From an uncultured Lachnospiraceae bacterium (GTDB lineage: Bacteria > Bacillota > Clostridia > Lachnospirales > Lachnospiraceae): 64,000 nt of DNA. Of this stretch, positions 1 through 8,680 are shown in pieces. Under the pieces are notes generated by a model. The model was not told the DNA's origin. It saw only the letters and a program-made list of their open reading frames with translations, and made no database searches. The stretch's first letter is position 1. Each line of letters starts with the position of its first letter. The stretch covers positions 36,097 through 100,096 of the forward strand of contig CAZOGN010000001.1 in assembly GCA_964579655.1 (NCBI GenBank). The letters are read 5' to 3'. The position numbers were made by a program, and so were the translations under genes.

Positions 1-520
1 AATTATTGATAAATTTTTTGATTGACTGGATTTTATATAGTTTATTACTGCCTGAATGGAAAGAGACGTATGCTCTTTTGGAACTATCATCTATTAATTT
101 AGGAATGGATAAAGTAACACTAATACTGAATGTTTCACCTTTAGGTATTGTTAAGTCCCTATTGGAAAAGTACTCAATCACCTGAAATATTGCTCTATCT
201 TCAGGATTGTCAGGCTCCTCTAACAAGGTCTTTTCTTCATAGCTAAGCACAAAAAACAAGGCTGTAACTACATGTTTGCATGCCCCTTCCTCATCTATAT
301 GATCTGGACAATTACAATAATGAGAAAACTCTCCATCTTCTAAAACCTGAATCACAACCTGATACTTAAATCTATCTTTAATTACCACGCGATATTGTTT
401 TTTCCCTTTTGACCATGTGGCACTTACAATCTTGTTATCCTTGTAGTCTTTTAAGCCTTTAGAATATACTATATCATCAGTAGCTAAATTCCTAATGCCT
501 AACCTTGATAGTTGTAACAT
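1..520 (-). CDS. SWIM zinc-finger protein, N-terminal part only (3' end runs off the window); probably the N-terminus of an SNF2-family helicase
   Basis: Not in the ORF track. My translation from the ATG at 520-518 gives MLQLSRLGIRNLATDDIVYSKGLKDYKDNKIVSATW...HYCNCPDHIDEEGACKHVV, a CxC-x11-CxH SWIM signature. GGAG lies 6 nt upstream. The frame is open to position 1. Confidence 0.6.
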   Translation of the reverse strand, partial: MLQLSRLGIRNLATDDIVYSKGLKDYKDNKIVSATWSKGKKQYRVVIKDRFKYQVVIQVLEDGEFSHYCNCPDHIDEEGACKHVVTALFFVLSYEEKTLLEEPDNPEDRAIFQVIEYFSNRDLTIPKGETFSISVTLSIPKLIDDSSKRAYVSFHSGSNKLYKIQSIKKFINN

Positions 521-621
521 ATACATCTCCTTTACACCAATACATTTATCACTATCAGTACATTATAGCACATGTGCATAAGTATTTCATTATGTATACA
601 TATGAAAAATATAATAAAACA

Positions 622-903
622 TCAAACTATTTCCCTATCCACTTCCATTATTTCACCATCCATGTTTAATTCTATATAGTTTAATATTTTATCAATTATA
701 CTTTCTATGTGTTTCTTATCATTTGATACCACTGCAATACCAATCTTAATAGTTTGATGAAGTTCCAAATCATCTACCTCAGCAATTGAAACATTGAAAT
801 TAATCCTCACTTTTCTGCAAATGCTTTTTACTACCTTCCTTTTGTCTTTCAAGGAATAGGAAAAAGGAATATATATTTTAATATAAACTATACCTACTAA
901 CAT
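622..903 (-). CDS. DUF503 (YlxP-like) small protein
   Basis: MLVGIVYIKIYIPFSYSLKDKRKVVKSI...IAEVDDLELHQ pattern typical of DUF503. I prefer the ATG at 903 (AAAGGA upstream) over the TTG at 921 used by the ORF track. Confidence 0.6.
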   Translation of the reverse strand: MLVGIVYIKIYIPFSYSLKDKRKVVKSICRKVRINFNVSIAEVDDLELHQTIKIGIAVVSNDKKHIESIIDKILNYIELNMDGEIMEVDREIV

Positions 904-917
904 TTTCTTTAGTCCTT

Positions 918-2189
918 TCAATTAAGTTTATTTAACCACATGGAAACTATTTCATCCATACAATATTCAAAATCAATTTTGTCAATTTTATCAGATGTAA
1001 ATATAGGCACCGCCTTTATAAATTCGTCATTTACATAATATCTAGCTTCACCTATTGCAGTGTCTTTCTCAACTGCTGCCACTAACTTTTTAGGCATATA
1101 AAATTTAATTTTGATATAATCATCACTACTCATTAATAAGGGGATTTCATCACTATAATATAGGTCAACAATTTTTTCTTTTCCACCCTCAACATAAATT
1201 GGTACAAATGTTTGTGGATGAAAAATATCCATTTCTTTATAATTATCTCTTCCATAGTCCATTAATCTACATGTATCCTTCCATTTGTAGTTTTTATGGG
1301 GAGGCCATCCTGAACCTAAAACAGAAGTGACAAATATAGTATCACTTTGATTGATTGCTCCAACAAAACAATATCCTGCATTATTAGTAAAACCTGTTTT
1401 TACTCCTATTGCACCATCATACATGTATAAAAACTTATCTTTATTACTTACCATAAAGGAACGACCTTTAGTAATTTCACTAAATGTCCAATTTGCTGCA
1501 TTAGTAATGGATAAAAAATCTTCGTTTTGAATTGCATAACTAGCTATTTTTGCTATCTCTACAGCTGTCGTATGGTGCCCATCTGCATCTAATCCATTTG
1601 GTGTAACAAAGTTCGTGTTTTCACAACCAAGTTCCTTTGCCTTTTGATTCATCATTGAGGCAAAACCTTCTACACTTCCTCCAACATGTTCTGCAATTGC
1701 CACTGCAACATCATTATGAGATTCAAGCATTAATGAATATAACATATCTCGCATATAATACTGCTCATCTTTTTTTATTCTTAATTGAACATCAGGCATG
1801 GTTGATGCATATTGTGAAACTGTAACAATTTCATCTAAGCTGGAGTTTTCTAAAGCAACAATACATGTCATTATTTTTGTTGTGCTAGCCATAGCTTTTT
1901 GGACCTGGCCATCCTTATCATATAAAACTCTTCCACTTTTTCCATCAATCAAAGCGGCCGAAAGGGCATTTAGCTGAACCTTATTATTTTCTTTTTCAGG
2001 AGGTTTAGCTATGAGTTTTTTGTTATTATCTAGTATTAAGGTATATTCATTTTCTCTTATATTTGGATCTGCAATACTATATATTTCTTCTTCTTGAATT
2101 AATATATCAATAGATTTATTATAGTAATTTAATAAAGAAATAATTAAAAGAGATAATATAATAAATACTGGTAATATTTTGTTTTTCAT
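918..2189 (-). CDS. D-alanyl-D-alanine carboxypeptidase (S11 low-MW PBP), N-terminal membrane anchor
   Basis: SxxK (ASTTKIMT), SxN (ESHND) and KTG (GVKTGFT) motifs, a hydrophobic N-terminus, and AGGA 8 nt before the ATG. Confidence 0.85.
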   Translation of the reverse strand: MKNKILPVFIILSLLIISLLNYYNKSIDILIQEEEIYSIADPNIRENEYTLILDNNKKLIAKPPEKENNKVQLNALSAALIDGKSGRVLYDKDGQVQKAMASTTKIMTCIVALENSSLDEIVTVSQYASTMPDVQLRIKKDEQYYMRDMLYSLMLESHNDVAVAIAEHVGGSVEGFASMMNQKAKELGCENTNFVTPNGLDADGHHTTAVEIAKIASYAIQNEDFLSITNAANWTFSEITKGRSFMVSNKDKFLYMYDGAIGVKTGFTNNAGYCFVGAINQSDTIFVTSVLGSGWPPHKNYKWKDTCRLMDYGRDNYKEMDIFHPQTFVPIYVEGGKEKIVDLYYSDEIPLLMSSDDYIKIKFYMPKKLVAAVEKDTAIGEARYYVNDEFIKAVPIFTSDKIDKIDFEYCMDEIVSMWLNKLN

Positions 2190-2240
2190 TTAAATATCCT
2201 ATTGTTTTTCCTTATTAAAGTTTATAGAATATTTGATTAT

Positions 2241-5200
2241 TTATACATTCTTTTTATAATCCAATGCAACTGAAAGCATTAATTTTATCCGGTTTTGTTG
2301 ATTAACATTTGAAACTCCTGGATCATAATCAATAGCCGCAATATTTACATCCTTATACTTTTCTTTTACTGATTTGAACATACCTCTTCCTGTAATGTGG
2401 TTTGGTAAGCAAGCAAGAGGCTGAACACATAGGATATTATTAATTCCCTGTTCTAGATAATCTACCATTTCTGCTGTTATAAGCCAACCTTCGCCTGTGT
2501 GATTGCCTAAGGATAATATGCTTGATCCCATTTTGGCAAGTTCATTTATTTGTGTGGGAGGAGTAAAGTTTTTGCTCCTTTTTAAACCTTCTACCATTGA
2601 AAGTCTATAATAATCCAAATAATTAATTGCAAATTTAGAAGCTTCTTTCTTAAGAAGACTTCCTCCTAAATACTTGTACTTAAAATCAGCATTATATAAA
2701 GAGTAATAAAAGAAATCGAGAAGATCTGGCATTACAACTTCTGCATTACTATCTTCTATAGTCTTTATAATATTATCATTAGCCTTAGGATGATATTTTG
2801 CAAGTATCTCTCCTACAATAGCTACTTTAGGTTTTTGAATATTATATCTTTCTATATTGTCAAACTCTCTAATAATATTCCTTATAGACTTATCAAAGTT
2901 TAGTTTGTCTCCTCTTTCTAATATGATTTTTGCTCTTTCATTCCATTTCTCATATAGTTTTTGACTTGTTCCTTCTACTTTTTCATAAGGCTTTGTCCTA
3001 TATATAACTTTCATAAATAAATCACCATATATAAGAGCCATAATTAGTTTGTTTACTAGCTTTGGAGTATATACAAAACCAGGTTGTTTGCCTAGTCCAA
3101 CTAGATTCAGAGAAATAATTGATATATTTTCAAAACCTGCTTCCTTTAGGGCTAGTTGAAGGAAGGAAACATAGTTAGTTGCTCTACATCCACCGCCTGT
3201 TTGTGTTAAGGCTACGGAAGTCCTATTTATGTCGTATCTACCTGATTTTAAGGCTTTAATGATTTGACCTATAATTAGTATGCCTGGATAACAAACATCA
3301 TTATTAACATACTTTAAGCCTATATCAATATCACTCTTATCCACATTAGGTAAAACCTCAAAATTATAGCCGCATGCCTTCCCTGCTACTTCTACTAATT
3401 CAAAATGTATAGGTGACATTTGAGGTGCTAATATTGTATCTGTCTTTTTTCTTTTTTTATCAAATATGGGATTCTTATATTCTATATTGATTCGATTTGC
3501 CTTATATCTATTCTTCTCCCTATCTCTTATAGCAGCTTTTAGTGATCTAATTCTTATTTTAGCAGCACCTAAGTTTTTTCCTTCATCAATTTTAATAAGA
3601 GTAAATATTTTTCCGGCACTTGCAAGCATTTCCTCAAGTTGGTCTGAAGTTATAGCATCAAGCCCACATCCAAATGAATTTAATTGTAATAACTCTAAAT
3701 TGTTTTCCTCTACTACTGTTTGTGCTGCCCTATAAATTCTTGAATTAAATGTCCATTGGTCTACAACTCTAAGTTCTTTTTTTAGTGAAGATAAATGCGA
3801 TATACTATCTTCTGTTAAAACTGCAAAGCCTAAGGAATTAATTAAATCTGCTATACCATGATTTATTTCCGGATCCAAATGATAAGGTTTGCCACATATA
3901 ACAATGCCTTTTTGGTTTCTGTAGTTTAAATATTTTATAATTTTCTCTCCATAATTTTCAATATCATTTTTAAAAAATTCTTGCTCTCTTAAAGCATTTT
4001 TTACTGCTTTCTTTACTTCTTTTCTTGAAAGATGAAAATGAATAAATTCTTGTAAAATTCTTTTAACAAGCAATTCTTCATTATCCATAGATACAAATGG
4101 AGTTAAAAACAAAATATTTTTCTCTTTTATTTCAGCTATATTATTTTTTAGTACTTGACCATAAGAGATAACAATTGGACAATTATAGTGATTGTTAGCA
4201 TCTATAAACTCATTTTTCTCATAAAATACAGATGGTAAAAATATAGTTCTTACACCTCTATTAATTAAATCTAATATGTGACCATGAGCTAATTTTGCTG
4301 GATAGCAAACAGATTCTGAGGGTACTGTATCTAGCCCATTTTCATATAAGCTTTTAGAAGACGTACTTGATATTTCAACTCGAAAACCCAGATTAGTAAA
4401 AAGCGTAAACCAAAAAGGATAGTTTTCATACATACCTAAAACTCTTGGTATTCCAATTACTCCTCTTCTTGCTTTTTCTATTACTAAAGGTTCATATGCA
4501 AATAGCCTCTCATACTTATATTTATATAAGTTGGGAAGCTTATCTTTATTTTTTTTATTATTTCCCAATCCTTTTTCACAACGATTTCCAGAAATGAATT
4601 TATCTTTATTTGAAAACAAATTAATTGTTAATAAACAACTATTGCCGCATCCCTTACATCTACTAAAGGTTTTCTTGACACTAAGATTTTCTAATTCATT
4701 AAGATTAAGTAAACTTGATTTAACTTTTTGTTTTTTTGCTAGTTTTTCATAATAAGCTTCCTTTGCAAGTAGTGCCGCACCAAAAGCACCCATAAGACCT
4801 GATATTTCAGGTCTTACAACTTGTCTATTAGAGATAAGTTCAAAACATCTTAGTATTCCGTCATTTAGGAAAGTTCCACCTTGTACTACAATTTTTTCAC
4901 CTAGTTCTTCTTCATTACGTAGTTTTATAACTTTATATAAGGCGTTTTTAACTACAGAATAACATAAGCCAGCAGAAATATCATTTGCATTGGCACCTTC
5001 TTTTTGGGCTTGTTTTACTCTTGAATTCATAAAAACTGTGCATTTAGATCCTAAATCTACAGGCTCTTTTGACTTAAGTGCAGCAAGGGCAAATTCTTTA
5101 AGAGATATATTAAGTGATAATGCAAATCCTTCTATAAATGAGCCACATCCCGAGGAACAAGCTTCATTGAGTAAAATATTATCAATAGTGCCATCCTTTA

Positions 5201-6485
5201 TTCTCATGCACTTCATGTCTTGACCACCAATGTCAATTATAAATTCAACTCCTGGCAAAAAATAATCTGCCGCCCTATAGTGAGCGACAGTTTCAATTTC
5301 ACCAAGGTCAATGCGAAGTGCTGCTTTTATAAATGACTCACCATAACCTGTAACAGTACTATAGGCAATTTCTACATCCTTAGGAGTTTTCCTATAAATA
5401 TCTTTTAATACTGAAATTAATTTACCTAAAGGATCACCATGATTATTACCATAATAAGAATAAAGAATTTCTCCTTCTGTAGTGATTAAAACTAACTTTA
5501 CAGTTGTAGATCCAGAATCAATTCCTAAGAATGCCTTACCCTTATAATCTTCTAGTTTTTTTCTTTGAGCAAAGGACATTTTATGTCTATTATAAAATTT
5601 TTCATATTCTTCTTTGTTTTGAAACAATGGTTCGAGACGTCCAACATCATTATCTTTAATACTAGATATTCCTTTTATCTTAATTTGAATGTCATTTAAA
5701 TTGGTCTTTTCACCTTTATCAGAAAGAAGGCTAGCTCCAATTGCAGGAAATAGCTGAGAGTTATCAGGGAAAATAACTTCTTCATCACTTAGTTTTAGAG
5801 TTTCTGTAAATCTATTTCTAAGCTCAGATAAATAATATAGTGGTCCACCTAAAAGAGCTACATTTCCCTTGATAGGCATACCACATGCAAGACCACCTAT
5901 TGTTTGATTAACAACAGCTTGAAATATAGAAGCTGCAACATCTTCTTTCCTTGCCCCATCATTTAACAATGGTTGAATATCTGTCTTTGCGAACACTCCA
6001 CATCTAGATGCTATGGGATAGATGACTTCATATGATTTTGCTAGTTCATTTATACCACTTGCATCTGTGTCAAGTAAAGCAGCCATTTGATCTATAAATG
6101 CTCCTGTTCCACCTGCACAGCTTCCATTCATTCTTTGATCCATAGAACCTTTAAAATAAGTGATTTTAGCGTCTTCTCCACCTAGCTCTATAGCAACATC
6201 TGTCTCTGGGCATAATAGTTTAATCGCTTTACTACAGGCTATTACTTCTTGTTCAAATGGAATACTAAGCCACTTAGAAATAGACAGACCTCCAGAACCT
6301 GTAATACAAATTTTACAAGTTGAATTTCCAAGGCTTTCATAGCAATTCTCGATTAACTCTATTATCGTACTTTTTATATCTGAAAAGTGTCTTTTATATT
6401 TTTGGTATATAATATTTTCCTTATTATCTATTATAACTAGCTTTATTGTTGTGGACCCAATATCAAGACCGATTCTACAATACAT
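2241..6485 (-). CDS. Fused double BcrAD/BadFG-type ATPase (acyl-CoA dehydratase activase-like) plus DUF2229/HgdB-like dehydratase-type module, 1414 aa, substrate unknown
   Basis: Two ASKHA ATPase modules (DIGSTTIK..., GIDSGSTTVK...). Each has the HgdC-type cluster cysteines (NGSCAGGTGAF/ASRCGVFAKTD and NEACSSGCGSF/GSKCTVFMNS). A Cys-rich linker CKGCGNSC...GNRCEKG follows. AGGAG RBS. Confidence 0.75.
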   Translation of the reverse strand: MYCRIGLDIGSTTIKLVIIDNKENIIYQKYKRHFSDIKSTIIELIENCYESLGNSTCKICITGSGGLSISKWLSIPFEQEVIACSKAIKLLCPETDVAIELGGEDAKITYFKGSMDQRMNGSCAGGTGAFIDQMAALLDTDASGINELAKSYEVIYPIASRCGVFAKTDIQPLLNDGARKEDVAASIFQAVVNQTIGGLACGMPIKGNVALLGGPLYYLSELRNRFTETLKLSDEEVIFPDNSQLFPAIGASLLSDKGEKTNLNDIQIKIKGISSIKDNDVGRLEPLFQNKEEYEKFYNRHKMSFAQRKKLEDYKGKAFLGIDSGSTTVKLVLITTEGEILYSYYGNNHGDPLGKLISVLKDIYRKTPKDVEIAYSTVTGYGESFIKAALRIDLGEIETVAHYRAADYFLPGVEFIIDIGGQDMKCMRIKDGTIDNILLNEACSSGCGSFIEGFALSLNISLKEFALAALKSKEPVDLGSKCTVFMNSRVKQAQKEGANANDISAGLCYSVVKNALYKVIKLRNEEELGEKIVVQGGTFLNDGILRCFELISNRQVVRPEISGLMGAFGAALLAKEAYYEKLAKKQKVKSSLLNLNELENLSVKKTFSRCKGCGNSCLLTINLFSNKDKFISGNRCEKGLGNNKKNKDKLPNLYKYKYERLFAYEPLVIEKARRGVIGIPRVLGMYENYPFWFTLFTNLGFRVEISSTSSKSLYENGLDTVPSESVCYPAKLAHGHILDLINRGVRTIFLPSVFYEKNEFIDANNHYNCPIVISYGQVLKNNIAEIKEKNILFLTPFVSMDNEELLVKRILQEFIHFHLSRKEVKKAVKNALREQEFFKNDIENYGEKIIKYLNYRNQKGIVICGKPYHLDPEINHGIADLINSLGFAVLTEDSISHLSSLKKELRVVDQWTFNSRIYRAAQTVVEENNLELLQLNSFGCGLDAITSDQLEEMLASAGKIFTLIKIDEGKNLGAAKIRIRSLKAAIRDREKNRYKANRINIEYKNPIFDKKRKKTDTILAPQMSPIHFELVEVAGKACGYNFEVLPNVDKSDIDIGLKYVNNDVCYPGILIIGQIIKALKSGRYDINRTSVALTQTGGGCRATNYVSFLQLALKEAGFENISIISLNLVGLGKQPGFVYTPKLVNKLIMALIYGDLFMKVIYRTKPYEKVEGTSQKLYEKWNERAKIILERGDKLNFDKSIRNIIREFDNIERYNIQKPKVAIVGEILAKYHPKANDNIIKTIEDSNAEVVMPDLLDFFYYSLYNADFKYKYLGGSLLKKEASKFAINYLDYYRLSMVEGLKRSKNFTPPTQINELAKMGSSILSLGNHTGEGWLITAEMVDYLEQGINNILCVQPLACLPNHITGRGMFKSVKEKYKDVNIAAIDYDPGVSNVNQQNRIKLMLSVALDYKKNV

Positions 6486-6576
6486 ATATTTACTCCTGTT
6501 TTAGTAATAATAAATTCATACCTAATTATTATTACCAAAAATCAGAATAATATCCGGAACATGCTTTGGTCTTGTT

Positions 6577-7086
6577 TCACACATTCTTTACATCATCAAT
6601 TTGCTTTCTACTTATATGACAATATCCATGAGGATTTTTCTCTAAACATTTTTGGTGATATTCCTCTGCTGGGTAATAATTGTTCAACCCTTCTATTTCA
6701 ATTGCAATAATATCATCATATTTTTTTTGTAATTCTTTGATAGATGCTTCTATAACTGGCAAATCTGCTTCATCAATATAATAAATGCCTGTTCTATATT
6801 GTGTTCCAACATCTCCACCTTGTCTATTTACTGAGATAGGATTAATGACATTATAAAACAAGCTAAGCAATTTATCTAAGGTGAGTATTTCAGGATTATA
6901 AAAGACTTTAACAGCCTCTGCATGTCCAGTATTATTATGACAAACATCTTCATATGTGGGATTTTTAGTATTTCCGTTGGCATATCCCACTTCTGTTTTT
7001 AAAACACCTGGTATTGCATCAAAATACATTTGTGTACCCCAAAAACAACCTCCTGCTAGATAAATTTCTTTATATTTGTTAATCAT
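6577..7086 (-). CDS. msrA: Peptide-methionine (S)-S-oxide reductase
   Basis: GGCFWG active-site motif near the N-terminus, 169 aa. The start lies 4 nt after the ogg stop. Confidence 0.9.
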   Translation of the reverse strand: MINKYKEIYLAGGCFWGTQMYFDAIPGVLKTEVGYANGNTKNPTYEDVCHNNTGHAEAVKVFYNPEILTLDKLLSLFYNVINPISVNRQGGDVGTQYRTGIYYIDEADLPVIEASIKELQKKYDDIIAIEIEGLNNYYPAEEYHQKCLEKNPHGYCHISRKQIDDVKNV

Positions 7087-7090
7087 ATTA

Positions 7091-7921
7091 TCATCTCCTT
7101 TGTGACGTAGTAACTTGTCCCGAACGCATATAATAAAACATATATTGTTGTACTACTCCTGCATATTCTTTGTATTTATTCCAATCAAATTCATTATCAT
7201 ATATCTCTTCTAAAGTCCTTTTAATCCAAAGATCAACTGGAACCATGTCCAGATGATGTAAGCCATATAGGGAAATACAATTTGCAACTTTTGGTCCTAC
7301 ACCAAAGATATTGTTTAATTCTTTAAATGCTTCTTCTTGATTCATAGCTTTAAGCTTATTTAGATCTAACTCACTACTTTTAACTAAATTAGCTGCATTA
7401 TGTACATATTTATCTCTATAGCCTAGCTTGGTTTCTTTTAATTCTTCTAAACTTGCACTGCTTAATTCATCAGCAGTTGGAAATGTATAATATGTAACCT
7501 TACCATTTGTTTTTTTTTGGCCAAACATCTTTGATATAGATTCTATGCTAGATTTTATAGCTGGAATGTTTTTATTTTGAGATATTATAAAGCTAATTAA
7601 AATTTCAAATGGTTCTTGCTGTAATATTCTTATACCTTTTCCAAACTTGGCAGCATCTGCTAAAAATTTATCCTCTCCATTTATAAGTCTTTCGCAAATA
7701 CTTCCATAATCATATTCCATATCAAAATAGTCATGCCAAATTTCATTATACTCTTCTTGGTTACAATATATTTCTACAGTATTATCATCTATTTGTTCAA
7801 GTTCAACATATTTATTATAAGCAATTACACCATATTTATCTTCGTCCACTTTATTCATTCTAAAGCATTGACCCGAATCCGCAATTTGTTGCAAATTAAA
7901 ATTATTAGATTTTATTATCAT
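7091..7921 (-). CDS. ogg: 8-oxoguanine DNA glycosylase/AP lyase, Ogg1-type (HhH-GPD)
   Basis: HhH-GPD motif FGVGPKVANCISLYGL with the catalytic Lys, followed by VPVDLWI with the catalytic Asp. N-terminal Ogg-like domain. Confidence 0.8.
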   Translation of the reverse strand: MIIKSNNFNLQQIADSGQCFRMNKVDEDKYGVIAYNKYVELEQIDDNTVEIYCNQEEYNEIWHDYFDMEYDYGSICERLINGEDKFLADAAKFGKGIRILQQEPFEILISFIISQNKNIPAIKSSIESISKMFGQKKTNGKVTYYTFPTADELSSASLEELKETKLGYRDKYVHNAANLVKSSELDLNKLKAMNQEEAFKELNNIFGVGPKVANCISLYGLHHLDMVPVDLWIKRTLEEIYDNEFDWNKYKEYAGVVQQYMFYYMRSGQVTTSQRR

Positions 7922-8023
7922 TTATGATCCTTTCTTTTTATATAAAAATAGTATATAGTATTGTTATAAATTTTACTTGAAAATTATAAAAAAATCAATT
8001 AATTACAGTAGGAGGTTACCTAT

Positions 8024-8668
8024 ATGAAAAAGAAAGTTCGTATACCAACATATCAAAAAATCGCTTTAGACATTGCTTCAAAAATTGTAGAGCATAAATA
8101 TATAATTGGTGATAAAATATATACACGATCTACATTGGCAAGCCAGTATAATGTTTCTTCAGAAACTGCTAGACGTGCAATAAGTATTTTATCAGATTTG
8201 GATATAGTTGAAACAATAAAAGGTAGTGGAGTTACAATAAAATCATATGAAAAAGCTTTGAAATTTGTAAGAGAGTTTAAAGACATGCAGACTCTTAATA
8301 GTTTAATAGTTGATATAAATGATAGTATCTCCCAACAAAAAGAAGACAATAATAATTTAGAAAATAAAATCAATAGATTAGTTAAAAACATTTCACGTTT
8401 TCAATCTATTAATCCCTTTATTCCTTTTGAAGTAAAAATAGAAAACACCACTCCCTATCTTAATAAAAATATATCTGATATTAATTTTTGGCACCATACA
8501 ACAGCAACAGTAATTGCAATAAAACGCAACAATACAACTATTCTTTCTCCTGGTCCATATGCAGTTTTTCAGGAAAGTGATATCTTTTATTTGATTGGTG
8601 ATGAAAATAGCTATAGACGCGTTATGGATTTCTTATATCCAAAAGAGGATCAAGGTCTTATTAATTAA
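8024..8668 (+). CDS. GntR-family transcriptional regulator with C-terminal TrkA-C (RCK_C) ligand-binding domain
   Basis: N-terminal wHTH (YQKIALDIASKI...TRSTLASQYNVSSETARRAISIL). C-terminal TrkA_C-like segment (FEVKIENTTPYLNKNISDINFWHHTTATVIAIKRNNTTILSPGPYAVFQESDIFYLIGD). GGAGG RBS. Confidence 0.7.
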   Translation: MKKKVRIPTYQKIALDIASKIVEHKYIIGDKIYTRSTLASQYNVSSETARRAISILSDLDIVETIKGSGVTIKSYEKALKFVREFKDMQTLNSLIVDINDSISQQKEDNNNLENKINRLVKNISRFQSINPFIPFEVKIENTTPYLNKNISDINFWHHTTATVIAIKRNNTTILSPGPYAVFQESDIFYLIGDENSYRRVMDFLYPKEDQGLIN

Positions 8669-8680
8669 TGACGTTACATT

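Noticed and set aside
6505-6536. AT-only 10-bp inverted repeat (GTAATAATAA / TTATTATTAC) downstream of msrA, as a possible terminator.
   Set aside because: The stem is pure A/T, the loop is 12 nt and no U tract follows. It is not distinguishable from chance in DNA this AT-rich.
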